Below are positions 18,313 through 26,913 of a DNA stretch of 64,000 bases, piece by piece. Source of the stretch: an uncultured Pseudomonadota bacterium (GTDB lineage Bacteria > Pseudomonadota > Gammaproteobacteria > Burkholderiales > JALYOK01). Made by a program: the position numbers and the translations under genes. The stretch covers positions 23,682-87,681 of the forward strand of contig CAWJAF010000003.1 in the NCBI GenBank assembly GCA_963840785.1, given 5' to 3'. The stretch's first letter is position 1. Each line of letters starts with the position of its first letter. The notes beneath the pieces are model-generated. The model saw only the letters and a list, made by a program, of their open reading frames with translations, searched no databases and was not told the origin of the DNA.

Positions 18313-18705
18313 ATGAATTTTCGACTAACTGCGGTTATTAATCGAATTCTGATCGCCTGCATTGTGACCCTGTCGCTGCTCAGCGCTAGCGAATCTTACG
18401 CCCACGCAAAGCTGGTCAAATCCGATCCTGGGCGCCGCGCTGTGATCAAAACATCACCGAAAGAAATTCGCCTTTGGTTTAACGAGAAACTCGAGGCGGC
18501 CTATTCCTCCGCGACGTTATCCGAAGGCAGCGGAAAAACGATAGCCACCGCGCCAGCGACCATTACCAACGACGATCCAAAGCGCATGACTCTCACTATC
18601 GATAAACTTCTGCCCGGTGTCTACCGCGTTAAATATCGCGTTCTATCGGTCGACGGCCATGTAGTGGACTCTAGCTTCACGTTCACCGTCCAACCGGCGC
18701 AATGA
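18313..18705 (+). CDS. copC: CopC-domain periplasmic copper-binding protein
   Basis: Signal peptide ends SYA, then HAKLVKSDPGRRAVIKTSPKEIRLWFNEKLE...YRVLSVDGHVVDSSFTFTV, the classic CopC fold signature with an N-terminal His. Confidence 0.85.
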   Translation: MNFRLTAVINRILIACIVTLSLLSASESYAHAKLVKSDPGRRAVIKTSPKEIRLWFNEKLEAAYSSATLSEGSGKTIATAPATITNDDPKRMTLTIDKLLPGVYRVKYRVLSVDGHVVDSSFTFTVQPAQ

Positions 18706-20648
18706 TCGAATGGGTCGGCCCCATTGCGCGTTGGCTGCATCTAATTTCCGGCGCACTCGCGTTCGGCGCCATGTGGTGGCTCACGCGCGGGACATTAACG
18801 GCGAACCGGCAAAATAATATTTGGCGCAGCCTGCCATGGCTACTGATATTGTTTATTGGCACGGCGCTCGTCGTGCTTGCCGGCCACACGGCCCAGGCGC
18901 TGGGCACAACAGGTTTTTCGATCAGCCTCAGCGAAGTTTCAAGGTTCGCATTTCAAACCCAATTTGGAAATGTTTGGTTGGGTCGCCTGATCGTCGCAGC
19001 GCTCCTGCTGATTTATTTGTTTGCCACTCGTTCACGCGCAGTAATCGCCACACTCATTGTCGTTGGCATTTTGCAGGCTTCGCTCGCGCTCGCAGGCCAC
19101 GGCGTGGCATCGGACGCGCCCATTCTGGCGCAAGTTTGCCATGCCGCTCATGTGCTCGCAGCGAGCGCTTGGCTCGGCGGACTGGCAACAATGCTCAGTG
19201 GAATGGCCACAACCCGGTTGTTGGATAACGTGACGCGCTCAGCGAAAGACATGCGTGTGTTTTCCGAATTCGCCCTGTCCTGCATGATCGTCATCGTGAT
19301 GAGCGGCATCGCGATTGCCGCGCTGCAAATTCAGAGTTGGCCTGGACTATTCGGAACCAATTACGGCGAACGATTACTCATTAAAATCGCGTTACTGCTT
19401 GCCGCGCTCGCGATTGCCGCACATCTGCGTTGGCGCACCCTCAAGACGATTGATGTAAGCCTCGCCGACCCGACAAAACGCCGCAACCTCGCGCAATGGC
19501 TTGCCGTTGAGCTCATTTTCGCCATTGCCATTATCTGGATGGCCGCATCCCTCGCCGTCACACCACCCGCGCAACACGAGCAAATCAACTGGCCCTTCGC
19601 ATTTCGAATTGCGCCGGAGGTGACCTGGCCGAAACCAGATCTGCAAGCGCAATTCTGGTGGGGCCTGGCGATCATTGCGGCAGGTATTGCTTGGATGGGG
19701 TGGTCCTGGCGACAATTCGGCCTGCATCGGCGCGACGTCCTTCTCGGCATTGCCGTTGCCGGACTGGGCGTTTGGATTGCCATTCCGGCACTGAGCGTCC
19801 CGGCTTTTCCGGATACCTATCGACGCAGCAGCGTGCCTTACCAATCCATTTCAATCGGCCAAGGCCAGCGCCTCTTCGCGCAACATTGCGTGAACTGCCA
19901 CGGCATCGATGCCACCGGCAATGGCGCGCTGGCGAAAAGTCTGCCGAAGCCGCCGGCCGACCTGACCGCACCCCATACTGGCGATCACACTGCCGGCGAT
20001 ATGTTCTGGTGGCTGACGCACGGCATGGCCAACACCGGTATGCCCGCGTTTCCGCAACTGAGCGAAGAAGATCGTTGGGACCTGGTGAATTTCGTACACA
20101 CCCTGGCCACCGGCTACGAAGCACGTGTCATTCGCGAACGCATCGTGCCCATGCGCCCATGGTTAGGGGCGCCGGATTTCAACTATGTCGCGAATGATGG
20201 CTCGAGCGGTTCGCTAAAACACTTTCGCGAACGAGGATCGGTCTTGTTGATACTATTCAGCGAGAAATCCAGCGCACGGCTCGAACAACTTAGCGAAGTC
20301 AGTTCAACGCTTGCTAAATTCCGCACTCAGATCATCGCCGTTCCGCTAGAATCTGCACCCATATCGACGACAAAGTTTGCGTTTCCCATCATCTCCGAAG
20401 GCGGCGAAGACATTGCACGTAGTTACCAGTTACTGCGCCGAACCATCGAGAATCCTCGATTGGGCGAGCGAGCGCCGCGACCGACTCACATGGAGTTTCT
20501 GATCGATCGCTATGGGTACCTGCGTGGGCGCTGGTTGCCCGAGGACACCGAGCCCGGCTGGCGCGACAAGCGCAATCTAGTTGCTCAAGTGGAACAACTC
20601 GCACGCGAACCGCGCGTTAAACCGCCGCCAGACGAACACTTACATTAA
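18702..20648 (+). CDS. copD: CopD-family membrane protein fused to a mono-haem cytochrome c domain and a ~190-aa C-terminal domain
   Basis: ATG overlaps the copC stop (ATGA). About 10 TM segments of CopD type. Then QRLFAQHCVNCHGIDATGNG...HGMANTGMPAF (CxxCH plus Met). The tail GSVLLILFSEKSSARLEQL looks thioredoxin-fold-like but has no Cys pair. Confidence 0.8.
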   Translation: MIEWVGPIARWLHLISGALAFGAMWWLTRGTLTANRQNNIWRSLPWLLILFIGTALVVLAGHTAQALGTTGFSISLSEVSRFAFQTQFGNVWLGRLIVAALLLIYLFATRSRAVIATLIVVGILQASLALAGHGVASDAPILAQVCHAAHVLAASAWLGGLATMLSGMATTRLLDNVTRSAKDMRVFSEFALSCMIVIVMSGIAIAALQIQSWPGLFGTNYGERLLIKIALLLAALAIAAHLRWRTLKTIDVSLADPTKRRNLAQWLAVELIFAIAIIWMAASLAVTPPAQHEQINWPFAFRIAPEVTWPKPDLQAQFWWGLAIIAAGIAWMGWSWRQFGLHRRDVLLGIAVAGLGVWIAIPALSVPAFPDTYRRSSVPYQSISIGQGQRLFAQHCVNCHGIDATGNGALAKSLPKPPADLTAPHTGDHTAGDMFWWLTHGMANTGMPAFPQLSEEDRWDLVNFVHTLATGYEARVIRERIVPMRPWLGAPDFNYVANDGSSGSLKHFRERGSVLLILFSEKSSARLEQLSEVSSTLAKFRTQIIAVPLESAPISTTKFAFPIISEGGEDIARSYQLLRRTIENPRLGERAPRPTHMEFLIDRYGYLRGRWLPEDTEPGWRDKRNLVAQVEQLAREPRVKPPPDEHLH

Positions 20649-20669
20649 TTTTTCACCTATGGATCAAAA

Positions 20670-21101
20670 ATGAAACTTTCGTCTCTTTGTAAAAATACCG
20701 CACTCGCGATTGCCACCGTGTTTGCGCTCAACGCCAGCAATGCGCAAGCCCACAGCGACGATTATTTCGATGCCAATCCGTCGCCTCACGGCGGCCAAGT
20801 TCGCATGTCCGGTGCCTATCATTTTGAATTGCTGATGGATGAAAAAGAAATCGTCGTTTACGTGACCGATCATGGCAATCAACCCATCGCCAGCACCGGC
20901 GCGACCGGGACGCTGGAGATTAAGACCGGAAGTAAAAAAACTGTTATTGAGCTTGCGCCCGGCGAGGGAAACATTCTCAAGGCGAACGCCCCTTGGCCGG
21001 GAACGCCGTCGCCGGATTTGAATGCGCAACTCAGCGTAACTTTCCCTAACAAAAAACCCGCCAAGGCAAAATTTACGCCGTTCGCGAAGCGACGTAAGTA
21101 A
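20670..21101 (+). CDS. Small secreted protein of unknown function (mature N-terminal His)
   Basis: Signal peptide ends AQA/HSDD. HGGQVRMSGAYHFELLMDEKEIVVYVTDHGNQP. Lys-rich tail. Confidence 0.6.
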   Translation: MKLSSLCKNTALAIATVFALNASNAQAHSDDYFDANPSPHGGQVRMSGAYHFELLMDEKEIVVYVTDHGNQPIASTGATGTLEIKTGSKKTVIELAPGEGNILKANAPWPGTPSPDLNAQLSVTFPNKKPAKAKFTPFAKRRK

Positions 21102-21199
21102 GCATCGCCAAGACGCGCTACCCGCTTGCTTCTCCAAGCAGACCATGCCAGCAGCCAACATCCATGGGCCTCCTGGCGAGAGTGGCCAAAGCAATGCGC

Positions 21200-21229
21200 T
21201 TGACACATTAGACTAGACTGTCTAGTCTA
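21200..21229 (+). promoter_or_regulatory. -35 box plus a perfect palindromic operator upstream of the TetR gene
   Basis: TTGACA (21200-21205) is followed by TAGACTAGAC-T-GTCTAGTCTA (21209-21229), ending 26 nt before the TTG start at 21255. Confidence 0.55.
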
Positions 21230-21254
21230 GCGACCGACACGTGAGGATAATTCG

Positions 21255-21872
21255 TTGGTTCGTCAAAAACAATCCGCTGAGCTAGAAACCATCAACGGCA
21301 GCAAGCGCAAACTGGTGTGCGATGCCGCCATTCGTGTGTTTATCGAAGACGGCTATAGCGCGAGCATGGAAAGCATTGCTGCGCGCGCCGGCGTCGCCAA
21401 GCAAACGCTGTACAACCAATTTGGCAACAAAGAAAGTTTGTTTGCAGAAGTGATTCGCCAGAGCGTCGACGATATTACTGTTTCGCTCGGCGAACCGAGC
21501 GCGGATTTGCGCCGCTCCTTGCTACGTTTCGCCGCGGCATTTCGTGCCAAGGCACTGTCGCCCTATGGACTGGGAATGCATCGCGCGCTGATTGCTCAGG
21601 CGCCAAGATTTCCAAAATTGGCGCGGATCGCCCACGAGAAAGGCGCCGCCAATGCGCGCGATACCCTCGCGAAATTTTTACAGCAAGCGATGGATACGGG
21701 AAAATTGCGCAAAACCGATTCGCAATTTGTCGCGGAGTTATTGCTCGGCATGCTCGCAGGCTTCGAGCGCGTACGCTTGTTGTACGGCGTCAAAACCGAT
21801 CCAACATCGCTGAATGAAAAACAGAAATGCGTTGCCATCGTTGATTGTTTTTTAAACGGTTTGGCAGCTTAG
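21255..21872 (+). CDS. TetR/AcrR-family transcriptional repressor
   Basis: N-terminal HTH KLVCDAAIRVFIEDGYSASMESIAARAGVAKQTLYNQFGNKESLF. TTG start preceded by GAGGAT. Confidence 0.85.
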   Translation: MVRQKQSAELETINGSKRKLVCDAAIRVFIEDGYSASMESIAARAGVAKQTLYNQFGNKESLFAEVIRQSVDDITVSLGEPSADLRRSLLRFAAAFRAKALSPYGLGMHRALIAQAPRFPKLARIAHEKGAANARDTLAKFLQQAMDTGKLRKTDSQFVAELLLGMLAGFERVRLLYGVKTDPTSLNEKQKCVAIVDCFLNGLAA

Positions 21873-21923
21873 GATTTAAAACTAAAGCGGTACAAAACAT
21901 AAATCGTTGAGGAGAAGTAGATC

Positions 21924-24900
21924 ATGCGTTCGTACATTGAATTTATCGTCAAATTTCGTTGGATTGTCATTGCGCTGGTTGCGGCAGCGACGATATTTTT
22001 GAGTATGCGTGGATCCTCCTTGACGGTGATTATCGATCCGAACAGCATTGTTCCCAGGTCGCATCCATTCGTTGCGACCACACTCAAAGTAGAAGAAGTC
22101 TTCGGTTCGCGTTACGTCGCGGTAATTGGCATTACACCGAAGACCGGCGACGTCTTTCAAAAAAGTGTGCTGGAAAAAGTTCAGCGCATCACCGCCGAAT
22201 TGCGTACAACGCCGCGCATCGTTAAAACCAATTTGCTATCAGTCTCGGCGCGCCGCGCGAAAGATATCGTCGGCACCGCAGAAGGCATGTCGGTAAAACA
22301 GATGATGACGGAAGTGCCGACAACGCCGGAAGGAATGGCCGAATTAAAAAAGGCATTACAGCGAAATACCGCCTACATGAATTCAGTCGTTTCGAACGAT
22401 TGGAAGACCATCACCATCCTTGCCGAAGTGCGCGACGCGAAGCCGGAAGAAAAGAAGTTAAAGATGGGCGGATTCTCATACATCGCCGCAAAGATTAATG
22501 CGATCGCCGATAAGGAAAGAGACGAAACCGTGGACATTGCGGTGACCGGCTATCCCGCGTTCTTGGCAATGATCGAGAAATATTCCGGGCGGATGAAATG
22601 GATGTTGCTCGCGGCACTAGTGATTATCGGTCTCATCCACTATGAGGCATTCCGCACCATTCAGGGTTTGATTCTGCCATTGCTCACGCCGCTCGTCGCG
22701 GTGGAGTGGAGTAAAGGCTTCATGGGATTGGCCGACGTGCCCCTTGATATTTTTAACATGTCGACGCCGATATTAATTTTAGCGGTCGGTGCCGGACACG
22801 CGGTGCAAATGTTGAAACGCTATTACGAGGAATATAACCGGCTCAATCCTAATCCGGAGCCCGCAGTCGGCCTGCCGCCGATTGCTGGAAGTACTTCGTC
22901 GAATCTGTTCGCATGGATCGGGATTTGGATTTTGTGCGCCCTTCCCTACGCATACTTCGCTTGGAACGGCGCGCCGGCTGGCCCTTGGATGCCCCTTTCT
23001 ATACTGCTTGCGTTGTTGCCGTGGATTTATTGCTATTGGATTCGTCCCTATAAGCTCGCCAGCGCGCAATCGATTCAAGCGAGCAGGCAAGCGGTTACCG
23101 ATTCGATCCTAAAGATCGGCCCGGTGATGATCACGGCCGGCTTGGTTGCCGCATGCGGATTTTTCTCGCTGTATGTGTTCGACATTATTTCAATCAAAGT
23201 GTTCGGCATATTCTCCGGGATCGGTATTCTGAGCGTGCTTATTGTCGAATTGACGCTCATTCCGGCGGTGCGCTCCGTGTTGCCCCCACCGCGCGAAAAA
23301 GAAGCCCGCATGGAACGTGAAGAGCGTTTCTGGGATCGCCTGACGAATTTCTATTCCAATACCTTGTTGGGCCCCAAACGTGATCGCATCTTTGTTGTCG
23401 CGGGTGTCGCCGTGATCATCGCCCTATTCGGCATGAACCGCCTCGCCGTTGAAAGTTCACTGAAAAAATACTTCGATCCGGAACTGCCGTTACTGCAAAG
23501 CGATGCTAAGCTGAACGAGCGCATGGCGGGCACGAATAACATTTATCTGTTGATCGAAGGTGACAAGGTCGATGCCATTAAAGATCCCGCCGTGTTAAAA
23601 GCGATGGATCAATTACAGGAATTCGTCGCCAAGCAACCGAACATCGGCAAGGTCATTTCGATCGCCGAATTCATTAAACGCATGAATCAATCGATGAATG
23701 GCGACGATCCCGCGTTCTTCAAAATTCCTGATAAGCAAGAAACCATCGCTGAATATCTGTTGCTTTATTCGATGTCGGGCGAGCCAGGGGATTTTGATCC
23801 CTATGTCGACTATGACTATCGCTTAGCCAATATGGTGGTATTCAGTCATAGCGACAGCACGTTAGAAATGCGTAAATTTTGGGAACAAACAAAAGCTTTT
23901 GCCGAGAAAACGTTCCCGCCGAACATCAAAGTGAACGTCGGCGGCAGCGTTGCGCAAAGTGCGGCGATTACCGAAGTGATTGTGAAGGATAAAATCCTGA
24001 ACGTTCTTCAGATCGCGTCAGTTGTGTTTGTGGTCGCGTCGTTGGTATTCCGTTCGCTGGCTGCGGGGCTGTTGGTCATTACGCCTTTGCTGCTCTCGGT
24101 AATCATTAACGTCGGCTTGATGGGCTTATTGGGCTTGCGCTTAAATGTTCCAACCGCGTTAACCTCCGCGCTCGCGATCGGCATCGGTGCCGACTATGCG
24201 ATTTATATGTTGTTCCGCCTGCGCGAAGAACTGGCCAAAGGCATCGACGAAGAACAAGCATTCCGTAACGTGATGCGCACCGCGGGAAAAGCCTGTTTGT
24301 TCGTTGCTTCTGCGGTCGCCGGTGGCTATGCGGTTCAGGCATTCTCGCGCGGCTACTATCCGCACACCTGGAACGCGCTATTGATTGGCACCGCGATGTT
24401 GGTCAGCGTAACGGCGGCGTTAACCGTTATGCCTGCGTTAGTTTTAAAATTCCGTCCTAAGTTTATTTTTAATGGAGCTAAAAATATGAAGTTATCCCCC
24501 GCTGCGGCTACTACAATTGCCGTTGCCGTTGTCGCCGTCTTGTCCTTTGGCCACACGAAATCCGCCTATGCGATCACGCCGGTCGAAATCATGGAGAAAA
24601 ACTTCATGGTTGCAAAAATCGCCGATACGACAACGCAGACCACGATGACCTTGACGAATAAATCGGGACAAAAGCGCGTGCGCAAAACTGCCGGCGTCAC
24701 CAAGCTCGAGCCGAATGGCATCGACAATAAGCGCATGACGCGGTTTCTTGAGCCGGCGGACGTGAAAGGCACGGTCTCATTGTTAAGCGAGCATTCGGAC
24801 AAAGACGACGATATTTGGATTTACCTGCCCAGCATCAAAAAAGTGCGCCGCCTCGTTTCCAGCAACAAAAAAGATAGCTTTGTCGGAACCGATTTTTCAT

Positions 24901-25298
24901 ACGGCGATGTGATCGGCCATAAGGTAAACGAATGGACTCACAAATTGATCAAGGAAGAAGACGTTGACGGTAAAATGGCCTATGTCATCGAATCCTTGCC
25001 GCGTGATGCGGCAATCAAAGCCAATTCGGGTTATTCAAAGCGCATGAATTGGATTCAAAAGGATAACTTCGTAACCCTCAAGGGAATGCAATACGACGAG
25101 GCGGGCGAATTGGTCAAGGAATCTCGCTTTGGGCGTTTCAGGAATGTCGATGCCGCTAAAGGCAAGTGGCTGACCGGCGAGCTAACAGTAAAAAATGTCC
25201 AAACCGAGCACACTACACACATTTATACTGACGATCTCAAATACAATATCGGCGTTAAAGACGATTACTTCACCACCCGTTACATGGAACAACAATAG
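21924..25298 (+). CDS. RND-superfamily (MMPL-type) exporter whose ORF continues in frame into a LolA-like domain
   Basis: 1124-aa ORF. The first ~850 aa has two 6-TM bundles with large periplasmic loops typical of MMPL/RND exporters. There is no stop before the LolA-like part. Confidence 0.8.
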   Translation: MRSYIEFIVKFRWIVIALVAAATIFLSMRGSSLTVIIDPNSIVPRSHPFVATTLKVEEVFGSRYVAVIGITPKTGDVFQKSVLEKVQRITAELRTTPRIVKTNLLSVSARRAKDIVGTAEGMSVKQMMTEVPTTPEGMAELKKALQRNTAYMNSVVSNDWKTITILAEVRDAKPEEKKLKMGGFSYIAAKINAIADKERDETVDIAVTGYPAFLAMIEKYSGRMKWMLLAALVIIGLIHYEAFRTIQGLILPLLTPLVAVEWSKGFMGLADVPLDIFNMSTPILILAVGAGHAVQMLKRYYEEYNRLNPNPEPAVGLPPIAGSTSSNLFAWIGIWILCALPYAYFAWNGAPAGPWMPLSILLALLPWIYCYWIRPYKLASAQSIQASRQAVTDSILKIGPVMITAGLVAACGFFSLYVFDIISIKVFGIFSGIGILSVLIVELTLIPAVRSVLPPPREKEARMEREERFWDRLTNFYSNTLLGPKRDRIFVVAGVAVIIALFGMNRLAVESSLKKYFDPELPLLQSDAKLNERMAGTNNIYLLIEGDKVDAIKDPAVLKAMDQLQEFVAKQPNIGKVISIAEFIKRMNQSMNGDDPAFFKIPDKQETIAEYLLLYSMSGEPGDFDPYVDYDYRLANMVVFSHSDSTLEMRKFWEQTKAFAEKTFPPNIKVNVGGSVAQSAAITEVIVKDKILNVLQIASVVFVVASLVFRSLAAGLLVITPLLLSVIINVGLMGLLGLRLNVPTALTSALAIGIGADYAIYMLFRLREELAKGIDEEQAFRNVMRTAGKACLFVASAVAGGYAVQAFSRGYYPHTWNALLIGTAMLVSVTAALTVMPALVLKFRPKFIFNGAKNMKLSPAAATTIAVAVVAVLSFGHTKSAYAITPVEIMEKNFMVAKIADTTTQTTMTLTNKSGQKRVRKTAGVTKLEPNGIDNKRMTRFLEPADVKGTVSLLSEHSDKDDDIWIYLPSIKKVRRLVSSNKKDSFVGTDFSYGDVIGHKVNEWTHKLIKEEDVDGKMAYVIESLPRDAAIKANSGYSKRMNWIQKDNFVTLKGMQYDEAGELVKESRFGRFRNVDAAKGKWLTGELTVKNVQTEHTTHIYTDDLKYNIGVKDDYFTTRYMEQQ
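24486..25298 (+). other. LolA-like 'outer membrane lipoprotein-sorting protein' module with its own SD, ATG and signal peptide, in frame with the RND ORF
   Basis: GGAG lies 8 nt before ATG 24486. MKLSPAAATTIAVAVVAVLSFGHTKSAYA/ITPVEIMEKNF. Also DIWIYLPSIKKVRRL and DGKMAYVIESLPRD...YSKRMNWIQKDNF. Confidence 0.7.
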
Positions 25299-25311
25299 CG
25301 ATTGGAGCCCT

Positions 25312-26691
25312 GTGCAAATATCTAATTCCTATGTCGACTTGATTCGACACGCGCTGCGTAGTTTGTTTGGACTTGGAATGATCGTCGGATCGTCGATTGC
25401 GCTTTGCGCCGATGAGGGCGAACCGCCGATGGCACCTGCTGAACCGACGATGGTTCCCGCAGAAAACGCGGATGTTCCGCGTACTGGCTTTGCCGGCATG
25501 AAGCAGGAACTCCACGACTGGGGCATCACCGGCTCGTTGCGCGGCGCCTATTGGTATTCCAATCGCCGCTCGGACGACGAAAAACATATCCCTAATGTTT
25601 CAGCTTGGTTGAAGCTTGATCGTAAACTGATAAAAGATTGGGGCATTTTCGTCGAAGGTTATTTGAACCGTGAAGATCCGTTCGATACGCGCAAAAACAC
25701 CAGCCGTTTTCGCGAAGCTTATGTCGAAGGCCGCAGCGGCGATTGGGATTTTCGTTTCGGCAAGCAGATCATTGCGTGGGGACGCGCTGATCGTTTTAAT
25801 CCAACCGATAATCTGACGCCGCGTGATTTTACGTTGCTAGCGCCGGAAACAGATGAAGATCGATTCGGGTCAGTCTCCGCCAAAGTCAGTTGGAATATCA
25901 ATTCATCGACGAGCCTAACGGGAGTCTGGCTACCGATGTTCCGCCCGCACGCCTTCGCCGTTCCCGATCAGCCTGGTATCTCGGTTGATAAAGATACGCC
26001 TGACGGCGCGCGGCAATGGGCGTTAAAACTTGATCAATCGGGCAAATCCATCGATTGGTCGGTTTCCTATTTTGATGGCTTTGATCTCACGCCGGACATC
26101 AGTTTTGGCGGCATCGCCACGAACGGAAATCTCATCGCGAAATTTCGCAACAACCGCACCCGCGTTCTGGGCGCAGACGCAGCAACAACGCTCGGCGCCT
26201 ATCGCCTCGCCACGGAAATCGCGTTCACCCGCACCGAAGATAACGGCGGCGGCAATCCCGACATCAAAAATTCTCATTGGTATGGCGTCTTTGGTGTTGA
26301 GCGTTCGTTCGAAGATAATTTAACCATTAACACGCAACTGTTCGGGCGGCGAGTTAGCCACTATTCCAATCCCGAGGACATCGCCAATCCAGCGATACAA
26401 CCGTTCGCCGTGCAAAACGCGATCATTAACAATCAGTACGACAAGCTCCAATATGGATTGACTTTGCGCGTCGCGAAAAAATGGTTCAACGAAACCTTGG
26501 AAGGCGAACTCGCCGGCAGCGTGCTGCTGAATCGCGCGGGTTATTTGATTCGACCGAAAATGGTCTACGCCTACAGCGATAGCATTAAGCTAATCGGCGG
26601 ATTCGAATATTTTGGTGGATCCGAAAAAACTTCCTATGGCAGCCAAAATAAAAATCGCGGTGTATTTGCGGAAATGCGTTATTTCTTTTAG
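25312..26691 (+). CDS. Putative outer-membrane beta-barrel protein partnered with the RND/LolA-like pair
   Basis: GTG 25312 after GGAG. Signal peptide. Alternating beta-strand-like pattern. C-terminus AEMRYFF ends in Phe, a typical OMP beta-signal. Possibly DUF1302-like (unverified). Confidence 0.6.
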   Translation: MQISNSYVDLIRHALRSLFGLGMIVGSSIALCADEGEPPMAPAEPTMVPAENADVPRTGFAGMKQELHDWGITGSLRGAYWYSNRRSDDEKHIPNVSAWLKLDRKLIKDWGIFVEGYLNREDPFDTRKNTSRFREAYVEGRSGDWDFRFGKQIIAWGRADRFNPTDNLTPRDFTLLAPETDEDRFGSVSAKVSWNINSSTSLTGVWLPMFRPHAFAVPDQPGISVDKDTPDGARQWALKLDQSGKSIDWSVSYFDGFDLTPDISFGGIATNGNLIAKFRNNRTRVLGADAATTLGAYRLATEIAFTRTEDNGGGNPDIKNSHWYGVFGVERSFEDNLTINTQLFGRRVSHYSNPEDIANPAIQPFAVQNAIINNQYDKLQYGLTLRVAKKWFNETLEGELAGSVLLNRAGYLIRPKMVYAYSDSIKLIGGFEYFGGSEKTSYGSQNKNRGVFAEMRYFF

Positions 26692-26913
26692 CTAAGAAAT
26701 GTTGCGGCGCTAAGGCATCAAGATTTTCGATTCGCTCGCTGCACGATATTTTTCCGTGTCTACCGCAGGTTCGGCGCACTCGCTGCGCTACAGTAATAAG
26801 GCAATGCCTGTAGAAGCCCATTAACACTTGTTCTACAGGCATACTCTGCCACAAGGCAAGCAGGATGTGGCTTGTGGCAGAGCAAGATAAACCCAGGCCG
26901 ATATTTTTATGCG

